A DNA stretch of 63,976 bases, filler included, from Octopus bimaculoides (taxonomy: Eukaryota): the NCBI RefSeq assembly GCF_001194135.2. It is 6 parts of 6 records of this genome, joined end to end, with 100 filler letters (N's around TTAATTAATTAA, not from the genome) between each part and the next. Parts side by side here need not be neighbours in the genome. Positions count along the whole stretch, not along the records: positions 34,199 to 53,211 come from NC_068987.1; 5 more parts are not named here. One strand, given 5' to 3'. The notes under the pieces are model-generated. The model was given only the letters and a program-made list of their open reading frames with translations. It did no database searches and was not told the origin of the DNA. Made by a program: the position numbers and the translations under genes. Below, one piece after another: positions 38,905-50,547 of the stretch; position 1 is the first letter of the stretch; each line of letters opens with the position of its first letter.

Positions 38905-39300
38905 TTAGATACATTAAATATATTAAATATATTAAATATGATACTCTGGGTATAAAATACGAAATATGTATATATGTATACATGTAAAATGAGAGAAAGC
39001 AAAAGGCGGAAACTTTCAGATGATGAAATTTTAAGTATAAGTATATAGATATTTATATTAATAGGTCCAACTTACACAGAGTACAAACGGCAGAGAAAAT
39101 TCCACACCTTTAATTTTCTCTGTACTCCGTGTAAGTTGCATTTATTCATATAAATATCTATATATTTATACATATAAATTCATCATCTGTAAGTCTCTAG
39201 ATCTGCTTTCTCTCATTTTGCGTGTATACATGTATGCATATTTTGTATTTCATACCCAAGTTATTATATTTAATATATTTGATATATCTAATGCAAATAA
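38905..39300. mobile_element. ~400-bp fold-back element
   Basis: Left arm 38905-39101 is the imperfect reverse complement of 39112-39300. Examples: CAACTTACACAGAGTAC / GTACTCCGTGTAAGTTG, AAAATGAGAGAAAGC / GCTTTCTCTCATTTT, CAGATGATGAA / TTCATCATCTG. Confidence 0.8.
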
Positions 39301-39659
39301 TTTGTTGATCAGCATAATTGCCTCTATATCCACCCAACTTGATCCCTCTTACAGCCATTCTTTACCTTTCGGAATCGATCCCCTGTAAAGACATTGGAGT
39401 TTGATTCTTTTGAGCACTACCATCTTCTATACAGAGAATCTCTGAATCTAAACTGTGAACTGTGTTCTCAAATCAAACCTGGAAATCTTCTTGTCGAGAG
39501 TCCCAGATGAACGGACCACACGGCAATAGGTGCAAGTGAGGGTAGCGAAATCACACACCATTCTTCACCAAGTGCCATATATTAGAGGAGGTTCTCAGTA
39601 ATGACAGTGCTGCAAAAGAGCGGTGCTCCAGCATGGTTAGGGCTGTGGGCTGAAAGTAC

Positions 39660-39806
39660 AAAAAAATATATATATACACACGTATATATATATACATATA
39701 TATATACATAAATATGTATATACATACATATATATATATATATATATGCATACCCAGATGCATACATATATCTGTATATATATATCCATATATATATGTA
39801 TATATC

Positions 39807-39845
<39 letters not shown>

Positions 39846-40700
39846 TCATATATGTGCATGCATACATATATGTATATATACATGTATATATACATATATA
39901 TGCGTACATATATATATATACATACATATCTATACATATATATACATATATGCATACATATATATATATACATATATATACATATATACATATATATACA
40001 TACNNNNNNNNNNNNNNNNNNNNNNNNNNNNNNNNNNNNNNNNNNNNNNNNNNNNNNNNNNNNNNNNNNNNNNNNNNNNNNNNNNNNNNNNNNNNNNNNN
40101 NNNNNNNNNNNNNNNNNNNNNNNNNNNNNNNNNNNNNNNNNNNNNNNNNNNNNNNNNNNNNNNNNNNNNNNNNNNNNNNNNNNNNNNNNNNNNNNNNNNN
40201 NNNNNNNNNNNNNNNNNNNNNNNNNNNNNNNNNNNNNNNNNNNNNNNNNNNNNNNNNNNNNNNNNNNNNNNNNNNNNNNNNNNNNNNNNNNNNNNNNNNN
40301 NNNNNNNNNNNNNNNNNNNNNNNNNNNNNNNNNNNNNNNNNNNNNNNNNNNNNNNNNNNNNNNNNNNNNNNNNNNNNNNNNNNNNNNNNNNNNNNNNNNN
40401 NNNNNNNNNNNNNNNNNNNNNNNNNNNNNNNNNNNNNNNNNNNNNNNNNNNNNNNNNNNNNNNNNNNNNNNNNNNNNNNNNNNNNNNNNNNNNNNNNNNN
40501 NNNNNNNNNNNNNNNNNNNNNNNNNNNNNNNNNNNNNNNNNNNNNNNNNNNNNNATACATATATATATATATATAAACACGTACATATATATACACATAT
40601 ATGCATACAGACGTATAGAGAGAGATAAATATATATAAATATATATAAATATAAATATACATATATACATATAGACATCTACATACATGTATATTCATAT
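39660..40700. repeat. TA/CA-rich compound microsatellite spanning an N gap
   Basis: Directly visible; source of the YI/HI ORFs in the track. Confidence 0.95.
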
Positions 40701-40954
40701 ATATAGGAGGAATTTCAACCATGTTTCGTGGTCTGCTACCACAACAGCTCCTTTATAGGATCCAGTTAGCTCAAGACATCATCATATATATATATACCGT
40801 CTTTGTTAGAAGGTATCCAGACGCAGGTAATTTATCGTGTAAACTGTAGTATATAAGTATAGTCATGTAGAGAATGGAGAAACTCAGGAAGAAGCAGGTC
40901 GATTGCGCTAGTTAGCCATTAATTTAATCAATTAGGTAGAGATTATGCAATGTT

Positions 40955-41008
40955 ATATTTACGATCGTTTCGATTTGCCAATTTAATTGGCAGATCTCTT
41001 CAGAATGC
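40955..41008 (-). ncRNA. Type-I minimal hammerhead ribozyme motif with intact core
   Basis: Minus strand reads GCATT CTGAAGA GATCTGCCAAT-TAA-ATTGGCAAATC GAAA CGATCG TA AATAT. All core residues are present, stem II has 10 of 11 pairs, and stem III is the palindrome ACGATCGT. Confidence 0.75.
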
Positions 41009-41334
41009 TGAGAAGTCTGTTTAAATGCATGGTATGAGAGATGAAGGTATAGAAAGGTGGAGTATATACTAATGTAAAAGAATGCATATAGTGGTGTGAG
41101 AATAGAGGTAAGATATAGGTGAGTCTTGCATTTTAGTCGAAATCAGGGTTAATAATATTTCTGCGAAGGAGAGGTAGGGTGGGTGCTGTTTAAGTCCGTA
41201 ATTCCAATCTTAGTCAAGCACATTATGCACGTGGCTATATATATGCACACACATATATATATATACATATATATAAACATACATACAAATATATATGCAT
41301 AAATATATGTGGGTGTGTTTGTGATTGTGTGTGT

Positions 41335-41545
41335 GTATTTGTCCCTGCGTCTGAGTTTGTCTCGACACCATCATTTGGCAAACATGCCCCCGTAAAGTAC
41401 CGGTTCGGCCAAAGGAACCGGTAACATAAGTACTAGGCGTAGAAAGAGTAAGTCCTGTGGTCTGTCTATTCGATTTAAAACTCTTTAAGGTGGTGCTCCA
41501 GCATGTCCGCAGTGAAATGACTGAGACAAGTAATAGAATAAAAGA
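41335..41545 (+). mobile_element. SINE family A, 3' half, diverged
   Basis: CGGTTCGGCCAAAGG...ATAAGTACTAGGC...GGTGCTCCAGCATG.CCGCAGT.AAATGACTGA.ACAAGTAA. Confidence 0.75.
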
Positions 41546-42213
41546 ATGAAAGTATATTTTAACACTTAAACATAGAACTTTCGTTGTACATATATTACCG
41601 TGACTGAAAAGTATATTTCAACATACTTTAAAAATTTAAATCACATAAACTCTAACGAAATATGAGGCTGATAGTAATTTTTTCTCCTTTTCGAAGCGGT
41701 AGGATAGACAATATTGCTAAATTGCAAAAATTGCATTCTAGGGGATATAGTGAAGACATTTCACCTGAAGTAACATTATTATAGATCTCGATAGCACGTG
41801 TCTTTAAAATATGCATATTTTAATTTTCTTTCTGGTTAGATAATCAGAAATATTGCCAGGAACAATTTTTCTGGAGTTATGAAATGAATCCATTCAAATT
41901 GAGACAAGTATTTATGCTATTTCGATTTCAGTAACAATACACTTCAGAATCTAATGAATCCAGTTTTTGAACATGTAGAACAACTAAATTTTTAAAAACT
42001 TTCCGGAGAATTAAACCTTAATTTCAATTATTAAGATTCTTCTTTAATTTCAGTATCACAAGACGCCTTGCCTAATAGAAGTTATTCCTCTTGAAATCAA
42101 ACACATTCGAACTGAATGCTAGGAATATTTCATTGCTATTTGTATCATGTCTAGTGACCACATTTCAGTAATAAATATATGTACGTACATATATACGTAC
42201 ACATACAAATATA

Positions 42214-42420
42214 CGAGGGGAAGTAAACAATTTCTTTCGCCATAACATATCTTTATTATTGTCACACTGCCTTCTACACACGAGTGCTTATAGTTGGTAT
42301 TATTGTGGTCACGTGATCGAAGTTTGAGCCTGATCGCGCCACTTTTCCTTCTGGCTTTACAGTGTAAGCATGAGTGCTCCACTAGCAATGTGCACCAAAG
42401 AAGAACAAAGAGCAGTGATC
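42214..42420 (+). mobile_element. Mariner-like transposon 5' end
   Basis: TA-CGAGGGG TIR start at 42212-42220. ATG at 42370 gives MSAPLAMCTKEEQRAVI (mariner N-terminal EQRAVI motif), which is cut at 42420. Confidence 0.75.
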
Positions 42421-42421
42421 T

Positions 42422-45300
42422 GAGAGTTAATAATGGTGAACCGGATCACCATTACCATCTCTCGGTTTGTTGAATTTTGCCGGTCAGGAAATCCTGAATG
42501 GCATTCCTATGGTCCAGCGCCCCGCCCCTCCCGAAGAACGTGGCAAAGTGCTCGTAAAAAGCCTCAAACATCTCCTCCAGTCCTTGGATCGTTCGTCGAT
42601 GCTCACCCTCCAAAGACATTATCGTAGCTTCAATGCCACGTTGGGTTTCTATCGTGCGAGTCCACCCGGTGATGTTGATACCCTCACCGCTCAGTGTACG
42701 TACTTTTGCTCGGACCCGGCGTCCTTCGTGTTTGGCATTAAGGTGTTAGTCCAAGACCGATCTCACACCAAAAACTCGAGGTGCAGAGCCCGCTCTCGGC
42801 GCCTCTTCTAAGGCCTTAACTAATTTCCCTTCCATTCTAGTCTGATCTAGACTTAACTGCTTGCTAAATCTCATTGACTCTAATCGAATGGCTCGTTTGA
42901 GAGCATACTACCACCGGTTATTTAACACTGCTAGTTAATACCCTCATTACTAACTTTCTGATCTGATTACGGTAAGCTTCGCAAACCAAAAGAGACTTGT
43001 TCAACTTTCAGTAGTCAGATCCATGTCTATGTACTTTATCAATATGCATCCTACACGTCACTAATTTGTGATCCGTATAGGAGACACAGGTAAATTATGG
43101 ACAGCTAAAACTAGACTTATCTCTAGAGTTAACTATAATCCTGTCTATATAAGACCTGATTGATCCATCGTTATTACTCCAAGTCCACATTAGAACGCTC
43201 GGATAATCAAGTCCGTATCGATCTGCCAGCCTAAATCGTTTCAGCAGATCGACGAGGCGTGAGTTACTTTTCCTATTGTTCGAGTCCACACTATCCTGGC
43301 GTGCATCCAGAATAGCGTTAAAGTCTCCTAACATGACTAGTGTCTTTGACGTTACTAGAACATTCTCCAGGCGTCGATAGAAATCATTCCATTTGTCTAC
43401 CGTACTAGGCGCCGAAATGCCGATCAATCTGAAGCTTTTATCCCTGAATGTTAGATCCAGAACGATCAATTCACCTTCTGAGTCCACAAAGATCGTACGT
43501 CTCTGCAGAGCCAAGCATTTTTGGAGCAAAACTACAACGCCTCCCCTCCCTTCGCTCTGGCTAGGAGACCTGATTTTCTCATAGCCATTCAGGAGAGTCG
43601 AGAGGGCCTGTAGCTTGTCCAACTTGGTCTCTGTAGCCACCATTACATCTATAATATGTGACGTGAGGACGTTGAGGAAACAAGCTTGCTTCCACTTCGA
43701 CCTCAGGTCACGCGCCATTCAGACAACTTAGATAATTGGGTTTACCTGCCCTTTTCATCTGTAGAGAGGGATTGATCTCAGTACCACTGGGATATGCTCC
43801 CCCTCTCTTTCAGGCTTGGCTCAACCGATGGGTTAAATATTTTGGGGAGCGTTTTAAGCTCTGTAATATCTCTAGGCTGTCTTGTCTTTAATTCTATATA
43901 AAGTTAATATGAAATTTTTTCAATCGTGTTGGTATTTTTCTCATCGTTGTTATAGAAAGCTTTGGTTTGAGGTGAGGCCTAATCACCCCTTCAAAATAAC
44001 GGTTGGTGTTTTTTTATACTACCATAACTGTGTTTGGTTTGTCCTTTTCCTCCAGCTTTTGCTTCTTGAATTTCTTCCCCACCCTTTTTCCATCTCTTTA
44101 TTTTTATCACAGGGTTTCTCTGGCGACTGCTCCAACTTTTTTTTATCCTTTTTACATAATTAATGTTTGGAGTCGCCACTTGTGACTTGGTTGCGACTTC
44201 GTCTGTCTCTTTGTTCTTTTACGACATACCGTCTGGAAGTTAATGTTTTCTTCAGATGGTGTCTCTATTCCCTTTACTGGCTCTTTTTTTCTTCTTCCGT
44301 TTCTTTCGACATTTTTTCGTTGTTGGCTGTCGCCCTCTGAGTAATGGCCTCCTTGGCCGGGGCTGCCGCTTCTTTTTCTGCTTCTTTTCCCTCTTTAGGG
44401 GTCTTTTCCTCCTCGGTTTCCTTCTGTGGAGGCGAGCACTTGGACCTCAGGTGCCCCGTCTTCCCGCCCTTGAAGCACCGTGGCTTCCTCCCCTCCACAT
44501 TCACCATTAACACTGTCTCTTCTCCAACACGGATCTTGTCTGCCCTTTCCGGTTCTGTGGGGCATATCTGGAAATCTGGATGAAGTTAATTTTATCCTCT
44601 CTTTGAAACTGCGACGTAGCCACAACCCATGCGACCCAGATACAATGGCAGAAGTGCCATTTACTCGTTTTGCAAGGTTCAAGTCGAGTACTCACGAACC
44701 TTCTCTGCTGACTCGAACCTTGCTTTCACCGTTCGTACTTGGTACCTTGGACCAGATACATGATTTGCTTCATCACCGGTCCGTGGCATATTTCGATAGG
44801 TCCTTCTTCAAAGTATTCCAGTTTTGTATTTACTATGTCAAATGTCTTGTAGATTATGATTTTCTCTTCTTTTTTTGTTGATAATTTCACTCGGGTGGGG
44901 TTAGCAATTTTTCTTTCCCCACTGTCTTCTGTTTTCATGCCAAAGAACGACTGAATTTCTGCCTTTTCAAGCGAAATGATTTCCTGTTGCCCACCCACAT
45001 CGGAGGCAAAGCATTTTTTACACACTGGTATTTATTCTAAAGGAGGCTTCTTTGTTTTCTTTTTAAAAAAAGTTCCAACACGGGAGCAAAAGTAGTCACA
45101 CAAAAGTTCAAAATCCTCTCCATTTAGGGGAGGATAATAATTCAACAGTGGTGTTTTTTTTTGTTTTTTTTTTCAAGAAAACCATTCAACGACGTTTTCC
45201 TGACGGGAACCCAACAGAAAACAAATCAACAAAGCCTGCAATCAGGTAACAAAATTTAAACAAACCTTACGGTCGCAACGGTGGAGCTGAAAAAAAACAC
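42422..45300 (-). mobile_element. Tx1/L1-like retrotransposon, copy C (5' UTR, ORF1, ORF2 endonuclease and linker; RT missing)
   Basis: ORF1 remnants at 45025-43800 include VEGRKPRCFKGGKTGHLRSKC (decayed CCHC knuckle). The 207-aa open frame 43718-43095 has APE motifs (VATETK, RGGVVVL, LGDFNA, WTWSN..GS..SYIDRI), followed by YTDHKLV..Y*KLNKSLL. Confidence 0.9.
43095..43718 (-). pseudogene. APE-like endonuclease domain of Tx1/L1 ORF2
   Basis: 207-aa open frame in the ORF track with exonuclease-endonuclease-phosphatase motifs GDFN and IDRI. The TDH motif follows after a frameshift/stop. Confidence 0.9.
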
Positions 45301-45899
45301 TTGCCAAAGACAGAGATGATTGTAACAATTTCTTTTATAGTCCTTAAGGCCTTCCGCAGCTGGGACGAACAAGGACAGACAAGACAGTACAAGTGGGGAC
45401 AAAAAAACATAAACGGATGAATGAAATGAAATTATATAAAAATGAAGATGTAATTGCTACTTGACCCCACTTCCGAGTAGTACCATTTTAACTATATTTT
45501 CCACTATTTTAAATCCTACGTTTATCCGAATAGTTATCTTAGTGGCTTCAATTTTTCGAATTCCACCACAGGTGGCAAAGGGTCATATCTTATCTCTACC
45601 CCTAATGGATTTACTTCGTTCCCAAAGTTTGCGTTTAATTTTCTATAGTTTTTCTTGTCAATCAAAATGCATTCCATACCTGGAACTCTTATGTTATCCT
45701 CTTCTATAACCATAATTACTGACTTCATTTTCCCAGTTTTTTCTTCGATGGCTGCATTCATCGAATAGTGTGTTACATATGCTTTATATTTATGATTGCT
45801 CTGTGTTTCTTGTGTGCCTGCTTGTGTATTCAATTAGTGGATCTGTACTGTCAGTATTTGTTTGTGTATACCTACCTGAAGTGTTTGTGAGTGCTTGTG

Positions 45900-47050
45900 A
45901 ATATTTTACTGGAGTTACTGGACTGTATGTGCGAGGTGGTGTATATTTCGTTGGAGATTCTGGGCTGTCTGCGATATTCTTGTGTGTTTGTTGCTGTGTG
46001 GGCGTTTGTGTGTCACTCAGTTCTTTCTTCTTTTTTTACAGTTCTTTGTGGACGGGGAGTTCTTGGTGTCTTCCTCTTCCTGTTCTGTGTTTCTTGGACT
46101 TCATCCGTTGCTACTGCTTTCCTCTTGTCTCACCTCCATTGATGTTTGCTTGTCGAGAAGGATGCAATTTGCCTTAACATGGCCCTTCTCTCTGCAGTGG
46201 TAGCATTTGGGAGATCTTCCCTCCACTACCACACGCAGCCTCACATCCTCTAGCAGCTCAGTTTCCTCCGTTATCTCTTGTAGGTCTAGTGTGGTGGTCT
46301 GGATTATGACTTCTAGGCGATATCCCCAACAATTCAGCTGTTTTGTATGGCTCACCTGCAGCACTTGAGGGTCACCTTTGGTGTCCATCGGGATAGCTAC
46401 TAGCAGCCACATCACGTTGATCTCTGGGGGCACCCTACCAGTTTTCACTCTTGGTATTCGCTTTTCGAGTTGGCAGTGGAGCCCATTTTTCCGATTTCAA
46501 GGTCACAGTGGAGTGCTTTGCTGCCTCCTCCACAGTCGGGAAGCGCACCTCCACTGTGCCAAACTTCCTTCCTCTACAGTAGAATTCAACACGACTTATC
46601 CCTTTTAAGCACTCTTCCAACTCTTCCTCCTTTGCCATTTCAATTTTCCTGCTTGCTAATGAGAGGGTTCTGTAGACCAGTTTTTTCATTATTGTTCCTT
46701 GTTACTTCCTCTGGCGGTGTCAATTTCAATTTGAACCCTTCATTTTCTAACAATTTTTTACTGTTCTTCACTATCTCGAAGTCTACAGGCACCTCTCTGA
46801 CTTCCAGCTGTTTCACAAGCGCAACAGTATTATCGCGGCCAGCTACTGATGCGTAGCTTCCGGCACGCGCTTGCACTTCCTCTATGCTCACTGTAATTTT
46901 CGTTCCCTCTGGGGAAGAAAGCGCAACAAAAGCAAACAATATAACAAAGTCAAACAATCTGCAACAACCGGTAACCTCGCTAGGGCGGACCTTCAACAAA
47001 GACAACCTATCCGTAACGAATCAAAAATCAACTGAGAACGATATAATCTC
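45900..47050 (-). mobile_element. Tx1/L1-like retrotransposon, copy D (5' region and ORF1)
   Basis: KKLVYRTLSL...RGRKFGTVEVRFPTVEEA...GRVPPEINVMWLLVAI...VVVEGRSPKCYHCREKGHVKANC contains an intact CX2CX4HX4C knuckle. The frame is shifted twice. Confidence 0.85.
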
Positions 47051-47275
47051 TTCGAAAAGATGATTCTAACAACGGTCAAAAAAAATATCAATGTTAATTT
47101 ATTGATGTATTTGGGCAAGTTTATGTCTGTATTATCAGACAATTGCAAAAAATGTTTTAAAAAATTCAAAACTCTGCAAAAATCCGGTACAAATTCTTCA
47201 TCGTTCAAAACGTTGCTTACGTTTTACTCAACCTAGCACAATGTCAATTGAACGCATAATCGTTATTGGCTCGTC

Positions 47276-47277
<2 letters not shown>

Positions 47278-47346
<69 letters not shown>

Positions 47347-47400
47347 TGTAGCAGCAGCAGCAGCAATAGCAGCAACAGTAGTAGTAGTAGTAGCAGCAAC

Positions 47401-47438
<38 letters not shown>

Positions 47439-47469
47439 CAGCAACAGCAGCAGCAGCAATAGCAGCAAC

Positions 47470-47520
<51 letters not shown>
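47278..47520. repeat. (AGT)n/(AGC/AAC) compound trinucleotide repeat
   Basis: Directly visible; source of the poly-L/S/T ORFs. Confidence 0.95.
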
Positions 47521-47521
<1 letters not shown>

Positions 47522-49689
47522 CCACTACCATCAGCAACAGTGGCGGTAGTCCTAGCAGCAGCGTCAGCTGAGATGGCTTTTGTTGTTCTTTTTATGAAGT
47601 TCCATATCAACCTTGATCAAGCAAATCATTTTCAAATGTTTTGCACCTGCGACTGTTTCACCTCTTCTTCAGGTGCATTGTACCTAGGACTGCACTATTC
47701 AATATATCCTTCCTTTTATCAGATATCAGATTGTAGGCTGTGTTTTGAAGATGCTTGGGTGGGAATCGTAGTGAGTCAAATGACCTTATACGGACCCCGC
47801 CATCAGCTGGTCTAGGCATATCCCCTATTTGGTTTGAGTAATGATGTATACTTTTATAGTCTACGTACTTCCTATAATTATATGGCGATATAAACAATGC
47901 ATATATCATTTAAAATATTACTCTTATAGAGCTTTCACAAAAATGTTTTAGAAATGGGGACTGAGGATGGTAGTTATTACGGATATGTTGTGGTATTTAA
48001 AGCAGTCCTTTTACGTTCTAAGATCAAACGCTACTGGACCTTGGCTGTTCTTTTGTGATCGATGAAATGAATATCATTCAAATACTGGGGTCAATCGCAT
48101 AGACTCTAGCTTCTTCAAAATTCGTTGCTTACTGGTCAGGTTAAAAACTAATATTTACAATCTTAGCTTTACGCCCTGATTGAGTTTGATATTCACCTTT
48201 CTCTGGTTTATGAAAAAAATTCCATTATGTACTGAGTAGTAGTACCACAAACTATTTGGTCTTGTACTAATGTAAGAAATGCGTATAAATAATTAATTTT
48301 AAATGAAATCGAACAGAAAAGATATTATATCTTATTGTGTTTAGTTTCATCCCACCGTGGTTTTATTTTAATTTAAACGACCTAAGATATTTCTTTTCCA
48401 TCCCAGCAAAATCAATATAATAATCAAGAGTAATATAGTTAATTCAATTTAATGGACTTCATACCGTTGCATTGAAAGATTGGCCCTGTGCCTAGTCTCA
48501 AGAAACCAGTAGCTATTATTGTAAATGTATGACTGACTATAGAGAAATCTTATATTATTTCTTTACAATGGAATCGTCGTATTTTACGACTTGTATGCAT
48601 ACATACATACATACATACATAAACAAATATAGACATACATACATACGTACAAATGCACATACATATGCATAAATCGTTTCTTCCTTTCTAAAATATTGAA
48701 AAGAAGTCCAAATTTTACCACAGGCATCTCAAACTGTTTAACCCTAGTCCGTTTCTTCTCCTCTCTTCTCCACAATACACATCCTGGTTTTGCCGTTATT
48801 TCATTATTTCTTCATTGATGTTAATGCACAGATTCACTGAGACAAATATATTTGACACTATTAATCTTTTGAAGTTCACCCAATCGTATTAATCATTGTA
48901 AAAGTAATTTTCATAAAGTTCAAAAGGTGAGGTTTCTATTTTGACGTCTTACTATATTTCCAAATCTGAGGGCAATTATTTGACGACATGATAGAACACC
49001 GACAGTTCAAATGTTGCCAAAAGTCTTCTCTGTGAAACCTAGCTTCTAGTATACGTGTTAATTTTCTAAGTTTCTATTCTAATAATAGTTTAGAAGTAAC
49101 AAAAATAAATATTCCCTGCACATTGAGACTTTTAATACATACTGGTTGACAGGCATACAGATTTATTGATGCATTTGGTCTCAGCTTTACTTTCGTTTTG
49201 TCTTTTTTTCAAACCCAATTGTAGTCGGCTTATCTTTATAACCATGGGCGTTTAATCACCACACCAAATTAGCGTTGCCTTAACAAGAAAAAATGCCTAT
49301 TTTTAGCGGTTGTATCAGTAAAGTAGATAATTCAATTTCAAGTGCATAAGGATGCATAGATATTCTTATTTCTACAGTCTTAAACGCTTAAAGTTCTCTC
49401 TTTTAAAAACATTTTTCTTTGTCAAATTCTAAATCAAGTGATCAATTCCTTTTCATGAGATTTTATTGAGGCGAGCATCATTCAGGTAAAAGCTCGTACA
49501 AACCAATTCCACCGTCATGTTTTTACAATCCGTTAAAACACTGCCTTTTCTTAAATATGTACCATTCTTACAAAATTGGTACCACTCTGCTTAATATTTA
49601 AATTACAACATTGTTTTTTTTTTATAATTCATGCATATTTATCAAATTATAAATAAATGAAAACGTATCAACATAGATCTAGGTAAATG

Positions 49690-50547
49690 GGTAGAAAATG
49701 AAACATTCTGAGCTTTTCAAGCAAACACAATTTTGTCGGATGGATGCATCCGATGTAACAGTTGGAGCCATGAAGTTTGTGGCTCAGTGCTATATACGTT
49801 TTCACTTGTGTGAAATTTTAAACAATATATTCTTGCAGAAGGCATCTGAATGTTGTGAAATATGATACATGTAGTTTAGGTATCTTTAATAGATACTGCA
49901 CCTGTTGTAATAGTGCTGGTCTGATTATTCTTGCATTGTTGTATTTCTTAGTCTATTATTCTATTTCGCTATCTGTTTCAAGCAAAAGATTTTTCTTTAG
50001 CAGATGAAATTTAAATAGGTCATTTAAGGAGTTTGTCCCCAGCTATTTTGTTTCTATCGAGACAGTCACCATCATAGTTCATGTATAAGCATTTGCATTT
50101 TGTGCAGCTGTCGTGTTCGATATGTAGTTCCTTATTGCTACGTTTATATCTAAGAAACGGGTAGTGATATGGTCTGAATTTTTTTAAAGCTATGTTGGGT
50201 CGTAAATGTCCGAATAAAATTTCTAGGACCTTTAAGTTTTTCAACCATTTCGTCTGTATCGATCACACTGCATGTTATCAATGTATCTTGTGCACATGGT
50301 ATAGTTATATTGGGAATGGCTTTGTTTTCCATGTTGGCCACTTAAGATGTTGTGAATTTTGGTTTAAGTGGAGAATTCATATCCATTCTATTTTTCTGGA
50401 AGTATATATCATATTGTGGACAGGAAACCTAATTTATACAAGTTTATTGAGACTTTTCATGATGTGGTTTTATACATGATGTGTGAACACATTATCCAAT
50501 ATTTTAATTATAGTTTCTATTACTGGAATGCTTTAAGTACAAATAAA
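49690..50547 (-). pseudogene. Decayed Penelope-like element RT (and GIY-YIG remnant)
   Basis: Across frameshifts: SIPVIETIIKILD; QYDIYFQKNRMDMNSPL...VANMENKA (G.AMGSP-like); RYIDN (RYVDD-like); HLRPNIA..; FLDINVAI; YIG near 49740. Confidence 0.7.

Noticed and set aside
47244-47610. Poly-Leu/Ser/Thr ORFs
   Set aside because: Translations of an (AGT)n microsatellite, with no splice or homology support.
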